Part shown: positions 1 through 12,884 of the stretch, piece by piece | How the letters are laid out: every line of letters begins with the position of its first letter | Numbering within the stretch: the stretch's first letter is position 1 | Assembly (NCBI RefSeq): GCF_018977255.1 | Contig: NW_024704743.1 | Span: 100,814,001-100,878,000, forward strand | Reading direction: 5' to 3' | Source: Callorhinchus milii | Lineage: Eukaryota | Length of the DNA stretch: 64,000 bases | Notes under the pieces: generated by a model | The model's database searches: none | What the model saw: the letters and a program-made list of their open reading frames with translations, nothing else | What the model was told of the DNA's origin: nothing | Position numbers and translations under genes: made by a program

Positions 1-258
1 GGTCACTGGAAAGACACTGCAGCATTGGAGAGAGTACAGCATAGATTTACAGGAATGTCACCAGGAATGAGTGGATACATCTATCAAGAAAGATTAGGGG
101 ATTGTTGATTTGCCAATCTAGCCAGGCTGTCACCTAATACGCCCATGAGGGATATGGCAATGGAGGTGTATAGGAGCGAATAGCAGGGGCTCATGTGGAA
201 TAAAAAAATCAGCACAGATAAGTGGACCATATCGTTCTACGTAATTCTATGCAATTCT
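1..258 (+). mobile_element. CR1 LINE 3' fragment, internally deleted
   Basis: Encodes ALERVQHRFTGMSPGMSGYIYQERL, typical of the CR1 ORF2 C-terminus; ATTCTA-type tail near 240-258. Confidence 0.7.
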
Positions 259-289
259 CATCTGCATCTCTTTGACTGTTGGATCTGGA

Positions 290-610
290 TACGGAAATGT
301 GGTCATGAAATACCCTATACCCTGGGGCCAAGGGAAGACGGTTAAAAATATACATCTTAAAAGTGAATCATCATTCGGAGACCCCTGCAGGATTGTGCAT
401 GTGTGGAAATTGGATGAGGGCAGTAACTGGCTAGTCCGTGATTTCTTCTCCCCCTCGCCTCGAGGTCAAATAGCTTGCCAATAATCAACAAACAGACATT
501 TAGGCGAGGTACGGGAGGTCAGCCAGTGTCTGTGGAAAAGCAGCACCAGAAGATGGAACAAAGATCACAAGAAAGGAAACCAGCGAGCTTGGGAAAACTA
601 GAGAAAAAGT
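290..610 (+). mobile_element. Old SINE-like interspersed repeat (second family)
   Basis: Similar to 13590-13910 (+), 18725-19250 (-) and 45620-45760 (+), sharing GACCCCTGC, AATAGC(C/T)TGCC and GGCGAGGTAC blocks. Confidence 0.45.
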
Positions 611-2965
611 GACAAAAAAAAGTGAGTGGGGAATAAAATCATTGCAAAGAATACATACACAAGAGAGACTCAAATTTCAAATGTTTGTGACAAGAAATCA
701 ATGGATATTTTTCATGTCAGGGTTCTTTTATATTTGAAATTACCATATTTATGTGGATTGATAAAAGTATGTGTTGACAACAGAACCAAAATTGGATTGA
801 CAGAAACAAAAATATTTTTTTTTAAAAAAAGGCTTCAGATCAGTCTTTTCATTCAAGTTGCAGGTTTGTGAGTTAAAACAACAAGAGACAACTCGAGGGC
901 ATGCTGTGCACTGCAACATTTCATTTACATAACTTTACAGGAAAATAACCCACAGTGAACCAAAAAATCCTCAGTTTTCAATATATCTTAAAATCCAATT
1001 ATCTTGAATTGTCCTGTCAAAATATCAATTTCGTCTTGAAATGCATGTTCAAAAGGCACAGAACAAATGAGAACTACACTAAACAACCCAGTCTCTTCCA
1101 AAAAAAAACACAGGTTGTGAAATTTTGTAGCCCATTAACATTGAAACTAGCAGCTTAATTACCAGCATATCATATCAACTGACTGAGTCTGAAACATCCA
1201 AAGGCAGTGATTCAGCAAGTCACAGCTGCTAATGGGGTAATAAGAAGCATATCTGAAAGAAAACATGCAAAGACTCCAAAAGCATGTGCCTTTCTTTCTT
1301 GGGTTACACTGATTAAATATGAACCCTGGTGCAGGAAATACCTAACAGTAACTGGAGAAAGCATTTGTGCACTCGCCTTGTTCTATGAGATTCCCCTTCC
1401 CCCCACATCCCACCCACCCCAAAGGATGTATTGCAAAACCCACAAAATGGTTCTTGAAATAAGGAAGCCTCACATGCAGAGGGTAGAAGTTAGGCAAGAA
1501 AAAAAAGATCATTTCTAAATATTACACAAATGTTTCCAGTGGATCCAGCACTAAATGGCAAGGTAAAGCACCCCTTGCACTATTTTCAGGATTTCACAAT
1601 CTTCTCCCCAGCTTGCCTCTCACCAAAACAAACAATAATCATTTCGATTATTTTACAAAGGAGATATCATTCAAACAATAATAACAGAATCAGTGTGATT
1701 AATATCTGAGCCTGGGCTAATCCCCTTTCCTGCAGTAATAGCAGGGCAACTGCAGTCTTCGATGCGGATACGCCCAGATTCAATTATTCACAGCAACGGC
1801 TGTGCATCTGAAAAAATACAACGTGCCTGGGGGTGGGAAAGAGCAACCTCAGTGCAGACTGCGGCAACCCAACAAAAATAAGATGTACCTTGGAATTCAA
1901 GGAAGTAAAACTAGACAATTATATGTGGTCCAGCTTTGATACTTTCTGCCTGTAAATGTAGTACGTGCAGCTCTGTGGGAACGCTGTGTCATAATCACAT
2001 GCTCCAACCTGGAGACTGCTGACCAGTCGAAACATTGACAGCCAGATGCATTAATAACCAGTCTGGATAAGCTTATTAGAGTGATTATCTTCTGTATTAA
2101 AACGCAGCAAATTAACTTGTTTTAAATTCCATGGAATCATTTCAATCACTTTATAGAAAGTGTTTTTTTGGGAGCCAGTAATTAGTCTGATTTTTAAAAA
2201 AAAAAACATATTTGTGCTTTACACATGAACCGTCAATAGAACTGTCTGCAAAATTCACAGGCGCTACACTTTGCAGTAAATCCTGTGAAGCTCTTTGAGA
2301 CATTCATGCTAAGGCCCTATGTCAAATATAAAGATTATTATTATAAAATGTGATTTGTTTACCCTCTCTGCAGAACTGGAAAAATATTTAAAACAAGCAA
2401 TCTGCTTCCTTTTCTGTTTATAATGAATAAAAAATAACCTCTCAAGAGCACTTCTCTCTTCATAGGTTTGAGACAATTCACTCCAAAGAATCAAATCACA
2501 GTATTTGTCTGAGCCAGACTGAAAACATATCTTCTTTCTACTCATTAACATACAACCTGAATCCTGTTCTACAAATTCCATGCCCACAAGAAGGCAAATT
2601 AGCTGAAGATGTCAGGTCAACACCTAGGTCACTGGGTGTACAATTACTTTGTGATGACGGATCTCCGTTTTTCCACATACGATTCCAATTAAAGCACTCG
2701 GTCAAAAAAAGCACACAGGGTAATTGGCAAAGATCTTAGACCAATCGCTTGACCACAATAACACCCATCAATTGCTGCCAAACTTACACTTTAACCAAGG
2801 GAGAAAAGCTGCCATATTTAGTTTGTGAAGAATTACTTCTTTGTGCAATTATTTACTTACCTCTCAGCAACACTGTATTTTCAGTGTTTTCCGATCTCAC
2901 TTCTAACTGGATTAGATTTAATTTTAATATTAAATGTGTCCTCCTTTTCAATCTCCTTTTCAAGA

Positions 2966-3255
2966 GGGGGTTAGAGCACTCGCCTCGCAAGCAAGAGACT
3001 TGGGTTAAATTCCTGGCAGGGCGAAATGTTGGGCAAGTTTCCTTACTCCACACACCTCTGTTTACCTAGCAGTAAGTAGGAACGTGGTTGTTAGTCGATT
3101 AGTGGATTGCTTTTCCAGGGGTAATAATTCCTTAAAAAAACTACAAAAAAATTGGTTACTTCAATCCAAGATTTATATCAAATTTATATCAAATTATATC
3201 AATTATATCATCTATATCAAATGCAAGGATTATATCAAATGCAAGGATTATATCT
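2966..3255 (+). mobile_element. tRNA-Ala SINE, long form, with internal deletion and duplicated tail
   Basis: Partial tRNA head, CCTCTGTTTACCTAGCAGTAAGTAGGAAC block, then repeated TATATCAAAT(GCAAGGAT). Confidence 0.8.
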
Positions 3256-3289
3256 CCAATCAAGCTTGTCAATTAACTTAATTATCTGA

Positions 3290-3420
3290 AACACCTCTGC
3301 GAGATCATCCCTTAACTTCAGTTGAAGGAAATATAGTCCTTGTTTACTGAACCTCTCATCACAGCTAAACCTCATCACCCAGGTATTAATCTAGCAAATC
3401 TGTAACAGCCCCCAGTAATA
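3290..3420 (-). mobile_element. CR1 LINE fragment
   Basis: Reverse-complement similarity to the CR1 segments at 1-100 and 7000-7130. Confidence 0.45.
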
Positions 3421-3860
3421 TATGCTTCATAAAACTGTATGCTTCAATATTGAAGGCTACATTACAAATGTTTTGTCTCTTTGACTCCAGCTCATTTTCC
3501 AACAATAACATTTTCAACCTTAGTGAAGTGTCTCTCGTCCTTCCCCAACGCCGACAGCACATGACTAAAGTGAATGTTCTTCGTCTAATGTGAATTTGAA
3601 ATTGTGCAGTGAAGCAATGCCACTTGATTCAATCTGATGACCTACATTCACAGGATACAGTCATGTAGCTGCTTAATGTTATATTAAAAAGAAACCCTAC
3701 AGTTCTTACATTCTAAAATACCTCCGGTGTTTAACAGAGAACTGCCACCCAGATACCAAAGATAGCAACACAACAGAATTAAAACGTAATAATGAGTCAA
3801 GGTAATGTTACACAGGAACGAAAGGTGACTTGTGATTAGCATCTTTTGTCACCTTTATTA

Positions 3861-4168
3861 TAATAATAATCCTTGCATTTGATATAGCACTTTTCACATT
3901 TCTAGACTCTCAAAGTGCTTCACAGAATATGCTGTAAAGTGAATTGACTGTATATTTGTGGGCGAAATGCGGCAGCCAATTGCGCACAGCAGTGTCCCAC
4001 AAACAGTCGTGGATTGAAATGACCAATTTATTATTGGTTTTTTTTTAGGGATTATTATTAGGCGTGTGGAGTAAGGAAACTTGCCCAAGGTTTCACCCTG
4101 CCGGGAATCGAACCCAGGTGTCTCGCTTGCAAAGCGAATGCTCTAACCACTGAGCTTCAGGACTCCAC
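3861..4168 (-). mobile_element. tRNA-Ala SINE, short form, full length
   Basis: A/B-box head, TGC anticodon loop, conserved body, (ATT)n tail; one of at least 10 similar copies. Confidence 0.92.
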
Positions 4169-4269
4169 AGGGCTTACCCTTTTTAAGGTAAGTGATGACT
4201 ATTGTAAATTGGTTGGTTCCTGATGCAGTTCTTTTATTAAGTAAGAATGGGGGAGTCTAGGGGGGGAAT

Positions 4270-4486
4270 AAAGGTTCATGCACAGAGTAGATAGGATATG
4301 GACTGTCCTGCCAGTAACAATAGTTGAAGCACATTAGTCTTCAAAACGGAAATAGACAAATACCTTAAAAAGAGTCGGGTACATGGATATGGCGAAAAGG
4401 CAGGTAAATGGGACTGAAAGGATTGCTCTTGAGGCATTTGGCACAAAACGATGGGACTTTTGTGCTGTAAATTTCTAAAGTTCTAG
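4270..4486 (+). mobile_element. CR1 LINE 3' end
   Basis: CAGAGTAG...TGGA...CTGCCAG...GTTGAAGC...GGATATGG...GCAGGTAAATGGGA motifs and TTCTA tail. Confidence 0.6.
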
Positions 4487-6914
4487 GTACTAAAACCTGT
4501 ACTTGTTGGTTCCATATATTCTAAATTCCTTCTAGTCTAAACGTGGTTCAGTTGAATGGTGAATCGGAGGATATTAAATACTGGAGGAGAAAAAGAACAC
4601 GGGAATGAAGTTAGATTATATAATCCCATGGGGGCGGGGGGGCTAGGACAGGCACAGACATGACAGAATGAATGGCCTTCTTCTATGCTCTGAACTTTTG
4701 TTTTAAAAAGACCCATAATTCAAACATTTTCTGGGGAGAGAGTATAACAGTATCATTTTACCTCCATCACCACCCCCCCAAAGATCATAAATGATACAAA
4801 GATGAAGAAGGCCGTTCGACCCATTTATTGTCATTCTTGTCAATAAGGTCGAGGTCAGCCCATTGCAGCATGAAGATATATTTTAGATGAGAAAGAGAAA
4901 TGTCACCATGAAAAGGCAGAAAGACCACTCTATGTAGAAGTCCTGATGATCACGGTTTGGCCATTTCACAAATTCCCATCTCATTCCTTACATAAACTCA
5001 AATCCTCATGTTCTCAGACCAACGCTCAGTGGACTACCTACTCCAATGCACAATAAAGACCCAATAAAGTCCAAATGCCACAGAAACAACCTCAGCATTA
5101 CGTCATCAGACCTCTTCATCATCACACAACTGTGGAACCAGCCAGTCGAACAGCAATTACATCTGCTCCATTAGAGATTAATTCAGTGAGGTTAAATATT
5201 CCTCTAAAGTATTCATCTGAATAAAATATACAAAAATTGATTAGAAGATTATTACTCAGATGCCATCGTATTCATGCTTTTATTCACATTATGCGCATAT
5301 AATCTTCCTAAAGCTTTAGCATCCTTCTGGTATGCTGTGCTCTCTCAAATGCTTTCAGAAATTCCATCACATTTATCCATCCAGCCTTTCTGATTGAACG
5401 GTTTACACACTACACGACACTGAGAGAAACAAATGCAGTGCTCAAATGCCTCCTTCCTCCAGAAGATTGTCAAATTATCGGATTTAGAAAATGAAAAAAC
5501 CTTAAAATAAAATGCTTCCTTTTTAACTTATATTGTTATACAGTGGTGGTGGGGCACAAAGACTTGCAGACCAAAATATATATTTTTAAAGTATCTCAAA
5601 AACTTAATGAAGCTTTTTTTTTGCATTTTATGTGCAAGAAACACAGTTAGACCTTAATCAGTGAGACAACATAGATTACCATGCAACAAATATCCAAAGT
5701 AACTTGACATTTACAAAGGTTTAATTTTCTGCTCTGGAAAGCTGACGAGGCTCATTCAATTAGACATAACAGAGGCTTGGAATCCCTGCCAAGTTGCTAA
5801 TAGAATTGGCTGAAGTCCTGGGCACTCCAACAGCTCCACTAGCTGAGTGCTCGACTCCCAGCCAGCAGGTCACGAGTTTGAGTCCAGACCTTACATGCCT
5901 CTCAAATTTCACTCAGGTCAGTTTGAGTGGAACACAATATTGCAGGGTATAGTAGCGTGAGGAGTAAACAAGTCAGAGGTCTGACCATTTGCTGGAGTTT
6001 TTTGACAAAGCAGATGGGCAACACAGGGGAGAGGAAGGGAAATGGGACACCAGGGGTGGGGGGAGATTAAAACCGGAAGAGAACAGTAAGAAATTAGCTG
6101 AAATTTGTTTCAATGAACTTTGGAGAAAGCCTTAAGGCTGCAAGTCAATGTCCATATGGAAGGGTGTACGAGCAACAAGATGCTTACTCATGCCCCATTC
6201 CGATGGTTTGTCTAAGATTAATTGGTTCAATTCCAGCAGCAAAATAATTTGCAATTTGGTGACCCTAATTGCTTGGCTTCTGGCAACCTGTAACTATGTT
6301 CTCCAAGCATAGTTGGGCAAGGTGCATCACCTTCTGAAGAAGAGATCGCTGGCTCCTGAACAGGCAAACAGAAACTGCTGCTTGCGCCCTGCATGAAGGG
6401 CACTGTATAAATGCAAGTTGTTGTTGTTACGAGCAGTCAACAAGCTGGAAAGGGAAACTCCAGAAGAGCAGAGAGTTTCCATGTGAATCAGACACCCAGC
6501 CAGCCCCCAAAATAAGCTTGCATGACAGTCAAGATAGGAAGGGCACATCAATCTTCGGAGTACATTTAAAATATATTTGAGATGTTTAAAATGGTATTTC
6601 AGATTTTTCTAAACAAAGGGGTTTGAAATGCAATAGTCGCAAACTGGAATCGATGATTTCATTGTGACACCTAACTTGCTAAAACAAAATGTCAAAAGAC
6701 CATTTTGTTTTCCAACCGTTCGTACTGTCTGATCCTGTTGCCAGCTTAGAATCAGAATCCAACCGAAACAACAGCCACGGCCACAAGCAACCAAATACAG
6801 GCCTGAAAAAGGTTGGAAAACAAAATAAATTTTGCTATCCCTCTGATCATAATCATGTTTAGCAAATCATGCAACTTAAAGCATAAACTCGGACCAGACA
6901 GTCTCGATTTAAAT

Positions 6915-7505
6915 TGGTAGAAACCATTGTCTAGACTAAGTTTGGAGAACTGTGTACCGTGCTGGATGCCATTCTACAGGAAGTATATTGTTCAACAGGC
7001 GATGCACAGGATAGATTTACAGAAAGGTTAACAGGAATGAGTGGGTACAGCTAGCAAGAAAGATTGTTAGAGCTTTTCTCTCTGGAGATAAGTGGATTGA
7101 GAGGAGGCCTAATAGAGGTGTTTAAGATTATGAAAGGATTCGATAGTATGGACATTGATAGGCTGTTTTCAATTGTTGGTGAGTTCAGACTGAAGAGCAT
7201 AAACATAAGATAGTCAGTAGCAAATCTAAATGGGAGTTTAAGAGACATTTCTTTATGCAGCAGATGACTGCTGGAAAATGTGGTTCAAGTAAATCGCATC
7301 AAAGTATTCGAGAGGTTACATGATGCATACAACAACAACAGCAACAAAATTATAGTTGTATAGAGTCTTTCACATCGGGAGGACATCCCAAGGCGCTGGA
7401 TACATGAGGGAGAATGGAATAAAGGGGTATAGGAGAGGCGATTAGGAGAGATTGAGGCTCATGGAGTTTAAACACACACAAGCTGTAAAATTTTCTCAGT
7501 TTCTA
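6915..7505 (+). mobile_element. CR1 LINE 3' fragment with an L2 tail inserted at about 7330-7398 (-)
   Basis: Degenerate ORF2 end (LENCV.CW.P; FSLE...LRG.LIEVFKIMKGFD) followed by 3' UTR. Confidence 0.75.
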
Positions 7506-7974
7506 TTTCTCAGTGATGTTGGGTGATTGAAAGAGACATTTTCTATCTCTTACAAAGGAAAGGGTCTCTCAGGTTGAGCAATTGATGCAAGACTCTGCTG
7601 CCAATCGAGACTTGAAAGAGAATTTCACAGGGATTTTGTGAATTTTGCTCACATTCATACTGATGTTGCATAAAAAGAAAACCTTCACTACTGAGGAGGG
7701 CATTTGATTCAGATCTGAGAGGCACTTAACATATCCTGTCAAAGTACCTAATTTGGGCAGCTGTTGATTCCATTTTTTCAAAAAGGGTTTCCATCAAATT
7801 TATAAATATGAGGCGATTATAAAAAGATTCAATCTCTATTTCACGTTCAGCAAGAGAGTTACCATTTTACAGTGCCCCTTAAAACACCAGCTGTCACCAA
7901 CTTACCTAGAACACAACAAAATTCCAAATCAATGCTGACAGCACTTCACAACTACAATGTGAATCTTTAAAGGG

Positions 7975-8260
7975 CAAATAATAACAATCCTTGCCTTTGA
8001 CATACCACCATATCATCTTGTCAAAAGTCTGACAGTGCTTCATAGGAATCATTGTAAAGTGCAGTGACTGTATTTTGTTGGCGAACGCAACAGCTATTTG
8101 CACACAACAATGTCAATCGAACAGCTTTCAAGTGAATAAGCAATTTTATTTGAGGGATTATCGGTCAGGACACCGGGAGAAACTTCATTCTCTTTTCAGA
8201 TAGTGCCATGGGATGTTTAACATCCACCTGAACAGGTAGATAGGACCTTGGTTCAACATG
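7975..8260 (-). mobile_element. Old DeuSINE-type element
   Basis: CAGGACACCGGGAGAAAC...ATAGTGCCATGGGAT...TCCACCTGA is the reverse complement of the Deu core of AmnSINE1/SacSINE1, with an L2-like tail. Confidence 0.7.
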
Positions 8261-8273
8261 AGGTTGACATTAT

Positions 8274-8593
8274 GAGTCCTGTAGCTCAGTGATTAGAGCA
8301 CTCGCTTTGCAAGCGAGAGACCTGAGTTCAATTCCAGACAGGGCGAAACCTTGGGCAAGTTTCCTTACTCCACACGCCTAATAATAATCCCTCCAAAAAC
8401 CCAAAACAATAAAAATTGGTCATTTTCAATCTACGACTGTTTGTGGGACACTGCTGTGCGCAATTGGCTGCCCCGTTCGCCCACAAATATACAGTCAATT
8501 CACTTTACAGTGTGTTCTGTGAAGCGCTTTGGGACATCCTCCTGACGTGAAAAGCGCTATATCAAATGCAAGGATTATTATTATTATTATTAT
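8274..8593 (+). mobile_element. tRNA-Ala SINE, young short form
   Basis: GAGTCCTGTAGCTCAGTG...CTCGCTTTGCAAGCGAG...GTTCAATTC head; tail GGGACATCCTCCTGACGTGAAAAGCGCTATATCAAATGCAAGG(ATT)n. Confidence 0.93.
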
Positions 8594-9169
8594 GAGATTC
8601 TCCCAAACCCCCTTCTTCATATTGAGCATTTCTTCAGCTTATTCTGCCTGATATTTTCTCCTCATTAACTGGCAATTGGGTTGTAGGAACTTGTGAGTGT
8701 AAATTTGCTGCCATGTTTCCTTCTGAAAAGTGCTTTGGGACATTTGTATTTCAATTATCAGCATTTATGTATTATCAAGAAGATGTGATAAGGCGCTATA
8801 TCAAATACAAGGATTATAATCTTTCACATAATTTTACGTGAAAGATGCAATATAAATGCAAGTTGTTTGCACATGCTTTAATTTAGATTATAAATTGATA
8901 GTGCATTTTTAATGTGACAGTTGTCCTAGAAATTCTCTTCAGTTTGTTCCAAAAATAATTTTTGAACAAGTAGATTTGCATTCAAAAGGGAGAAGAGAAT
9001 GGAGAGAGAGGCGATCAGAAGGGGCAGAGGCTCACATGGAGTATAAACGCTGGCATGGACTTGTTGGGCCGAATGATCTGTTTCCATTCTGCACAGTCGA
9101 TACAATCCCACAGGATTTAGATGCTCCAAAAAAAATTCATACCAGGTTGCAACAAAGCACACTCCTTAC

Positions 9170-9382
9170 CTCAACCTCACACGTATGTTCAGAGGAATCC
9201 AGGAGAGTTACTTTGCACAGCATGGTCTTCAGTTTTTTTACCCCTTTCAGAGGAGATTTGGATAATTTGCTGGAAGAGGATTTTTGGGAGAGTTTGTCGT
9301 CTTCAGCCAGATGCTCTTCCTGCTGTTCTTCAGCAACTTTAACAGAAGCCCCGTCTGCCTCTTTCTCTCGGTCACCAATCTC
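9170..9382 (-). CDS. EPB41L3: Protein 4.1B exon 3: end of the U1 region and start of the FERM domain, 71 codons
   Basis: Acceptor catttcag|GAG and donor GAG|GTAAGG; 213 nt, phase 0/0. Translation EIGDREKEADGASVKVAEEQQEEHLAEDDKLSQKSSSSKLSKSPLKGVKKLKTMLCKVTLLDSSEHTCEVE closely matches my recollection of human EPB41L3 (EDDKLSQKSSSSKLSRSPLKIVKKPKSMQCKVILLDGSEYTCDVE). Confidence 0.93.
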
Positions 9383-11211
9383 CTGAAATGATCAATTGGT
9401 TAGCTCGTACAAACAATCACAAGCTAAGGGTAAAACAACAAAGCGATAATCCGAAAGTATTTAGACTGCTTAGAGGTAAATAGTATTCCACCGTGAACTT
9501 GGATAATCCTAAATGTTACAAGAGAAGATAACTACACACTTGCTGCTTAGTCTATGTTGCCATGTGTTTTATTGTTTAAAGCTGCTGAAGACAGCCGGGA
9601 GCAGTTCCATTGTTCCAAGTTCTTCCTGCTGAGTACAAGTAGAATCTGCTCTGTTCGGCTTGTGGATGGGGATTCCAACTCACAACTCGCTATTCCCTGT
9701 GGCGGAACTTCCAAGCATCAGAGCAGCGAACACCTCTGTACACAACATCTTTCTGAACCGGCAGTTTTAATATAGAAAACAGTTCCGCCAAGTGCAAACC
9801 CAGTGACGCAATTAATTAGGAAGGTATCTTCCTTCACCGTAAAGTACTGGTACACTGTCCAGCATTCTGAAATAGTTAACTACAGGACTCACAGTAACAC
9901 TTGTTGTGGAGAAATTTGGGGCATTCTGATATTACATGTGGATCCTTCTGACTTGTGGTACGTGTGGGAATGTTAAGATTTCAAACACAAGATTGCTCTT
10001 CAAATCAGGATTTTATTTAATTCTCTCACCAATTTTCTCCTGGTTGACCTTTGTAATCCAGGGGTACAAGGCCAACTGTAACATCCAAACTTGCCCCAGC
10101 TAAGGACAGCTAACTTACAACAGACGGCATTCCACCTGCAACCTTCCTTTGCTTTTTTTCCCCCACACAATGCCTGAACAGGTTAATACGTCTCAGTGTT
10201 TCACACAACGTTACTTTGAAGTGCAGGGACTGTTTTTTTATGTAGGCAACAACAGTAACTGAATTGCACTATCGACAGCCGAAAAGAGTGGAAATGAATG
10301 GCTCAGGAGTCTGGTTTACACAGTTCAATGCTACACCTGGTTGTACATTTACCTATCAAGGCGAGGTCACTGGTGAGCTTTTAGCATCAGTGTTTTTCAA
10401 CAATAAATCTTTCAAGTATCTATTTTAATGATGAGATGAATTAATGATGCCTACAAGGCAAGCTAAAAATTCTACACCAGTCTTGTGAAAGCATTTTAAC
10501 TCTTCAACTGCTGGGCGAGTTACAGATATTCCGACCTTTGCAGACCAGCCATTCTTATGTGTTCACCTCCCAGACGGTGATGCGGGAGATCGAATGACTT
10601 GGAGGAGGTGCTAAAGTACGCAAAACATATTAGGTAGGCTGCACTTCTGTATGTGTAACTGGGATTCTTTTTGCAAGAGGAGGGGCAACTTGGAAACATT
10701 TAACCTGCATTGAGGAGCACAGCCAAGAACGAATAAGGGGATTGCGCAGTGAAGACAGCAGCCAACAATGCAGCAAAAGGCTGACTTGCTGCATGGCTGG
10801 CAAGCTCCCATGTATACATTGCCGAGACTTTGGCATTGAATAGATAGTGCATGTGCTAGTTCTGATGCTATCAGCAATGATTTGTTCATACTGTGGTCTC
10901 TCTCTGCAGGGCATAACTCCTACACAAGTAAAGAGCTCAGATGGCTGTCTGGAAAGGAGGGGAGGCTACGGAGAAGAATTAACCCTTTCCAAGAATGCTG
11001 CTGTGGAATCATTTGCCTACAAACACACGGCCTTTACAGTAAAAACCCTGCAGATATTTTGAGAATGTGATATGTTATAATAATAATAGCTTGCTAAATA
11101 CAGTCACGACACCTTTCATGTCAGGAGGATGTCTTAAAGAGCTTCATAGGATTCACTGTAATGTACTTTGGCTGTATTTTGTAAGTGAATGCAGCAATGT
11201 CCCACAAACAG

Positions 11212-12099
11212 ACAACAACAATATAATATAATTTATATAATGCGTTTCACATCGGGAGGATGTCCCAAGGCACTGAACAGTCAGTTTCAGACCCGAGCTG
11301 GGGGTCAGGGTCGGGGAGGGTGGAGGGCAGGGGCAGGAAAGCGGGGTGATCGAAAACACGGTCGAAGAGGAGGGTCTTGAGATGGGTCTTGAAGGAGGCA
11401 AGAGAAGGGGCGACGCGGAGGGACTGCGGGATGGAGTTTTAGAGGGTGGGAGCAGAGTGGCAAAAGGCCCGCCCGCCAATAGTGGGGCGAGCGAGGTGGG
11501 AGATATGAAGCAGGCTGAAGCCCATTGAGCGAGCGAGCAGGATAGTAGGGGATTAGGAGGTCGCAGAGGTAGGGGGGAGCAAGACCATGGAGGGCTTTGA
11601 AGGTGAGGACTAGGATCTTGAACTGTATCCTCTCTGTGATGGGAAGCCAGTGGAATCGGGCGAGGATGGAGGTGATAGAGTCACAGAGTCTGGTGCAGAA
11701 GAGGACACGGGCTGCAGAATTCTGGATGATCTGCAACCTATGGAGGGAGGAGTTGGGGAGGCTGACAAGCAAGGAGTTTGGATAGTCAGCCTCAATGTAA
11801 TGAAAGCATGCGTGAGAGTTTTAGTGGCCTGAGGTGTGAGACAGTGGCCGATCCGGGCGATGTTGCGGAGGTGGGGGAAGGCAGAGCGGGTCATGGCACA
11901 GATGTGGGGTAGAAAGGATAGTTGAGGGTCAAACAAGACCCCAAGGTTCCGGACTGGCTCAGTGAGGTGGAGTGTGCATCCATGGATGGTGATGCTATCA
12001 GTGCCTGAGGTGAGGAGGCGCTGACAGGAGCCAATCAGGAGAGCCTCGGTCTTGTTGACGTTCAACTGAAGAAAGTTATCTCTCATCCAGGACTTGATG
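11212..12099 (-). mobile_element. L2-clade LINE, 5'-truncated and frameshifted
   Basis: Motifs [64 protein letters not shown]; 3' stem-loop and (GTT)n tail. Confidence 0.92.
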
Positions 12100-12701
12100 A
12101 ATGACTTTTATCCTGATTTTTTCTAGTAGAAGCAGACGATGAATCACATCAAGAAGGAGACACACCAGAGAAGCCCTGAACCTCTAAGCAATATTAACTA
12201 ACCCAGTTTAAGATGAAGCCATATGCTAACATGAATCTCTCACCTCTGCTTTGGGAGAGCAAAGTCAGTGTTTTGATGGCTGGTAGCCAATACTGAAGGG
12301 TTTAGTGAGATTGTTTCGTTTGGTGAATCAGACCACAACGTGTTTAAGAGATCAAATCATTGCTGGCTCTTTGCCTAATATTACCACAACATCCTGGGAA
12401 TCACAGACAGCTTATCTCACCTTCCCCTCTTCCCCACCCATGGGCAGAACCTGCAGGGTTACAAACCTTCCTGGTGGAAGGGGCTGCAGTGTGGGGTGCA
12501 GATGTGTCAATACTTCGGAAGCGCTCTGAGACATTTCCAATTGATAGGGCACTATAAAAATATAATTTCTCTCTTTCTCGCTCTTAATCTGAATTGTGAC
12601 CTGTATTGCAAATTCCACAACATCAGCATCAAAGAAAATAGACAATTTTCTGACTCCTGTTCGTCCCCTTCAGTAAGGAACTGTGGGATCGAGTGAGATA
12701 C

Positions 12702-12884
12702 CTGCTTCTTCTTCTCAGGGCTGCTCAATGCTGCAGGGATCCTGTCCACACCGTCCGCTTGTTCAGTATCTGCAGCCGCCTGCTGCTGCTCCTGCTGTTC
12801 TGCCGCTGCCTCTTTCTTGTCAGCGGTTTCCTTGTGTTCTTGGTCCTGTTTTGATTCAGGGTCTGAGTCCGGTTCTGTCGTCAT
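12702..12884 (-). CDS. EPB41L3: Protein 4.1B (band 4.1-like protein 3), first coding exon (exon 2), 61 codons
   Basis: Encodes MTTEPDSDPESKQDQE...SSPEKKKQ, resembling the 4.1B N-terminus (MTTESGSDSESKPDQE). Kozak context ACCATGA. Acceptor ccattttcag| at 12899, so the exon spans 12702-12898 with 14 nt of UTR. Donor CAG|GTATCT at 12701, phase 0. Confidence 0.9.

Noticed and set aside
2851..2910. Strong minus-strand donor GAG|GTAAGT at 2860 as EPB41L3 exon 4
   Set aside because: No FERM similarity and no polypyrimidine tract; candidate exons of 42 or 46 nt give a stop or a frameshift.
8274..8347. tRNA-Ala(TGC) gene-like cloverleaf, also in other copies
   Set aside because: It is always fused to the SINE body and tail, with imperfect acceptor and T stems; it is a SINE head, not a tRNA gene.
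8351..8545. Recurrent short ORFs such as MGKFPYSTRL and YIKCKDYYY (also 3894, 33730, 37270)
   Set aside because: They are translations of SINE copies.
8976..9386. Plus-strand 136-aa ORF, and similar ORFs at 12683 and 12817
   Set aside because: They are antisense shadows of the EPB41L3 exons.
11305..12086. Intact reverse transcriptase gene
   Set aside because: It is a 5'-truncated, frameshifted L2 fragment lacking the catalytic core.
12552..12701. C-terminal extension of the 110-aa ORF (VSHSIPQF...)
   Set aside because: It lies past the CAG|GT donor and is intron read-through.
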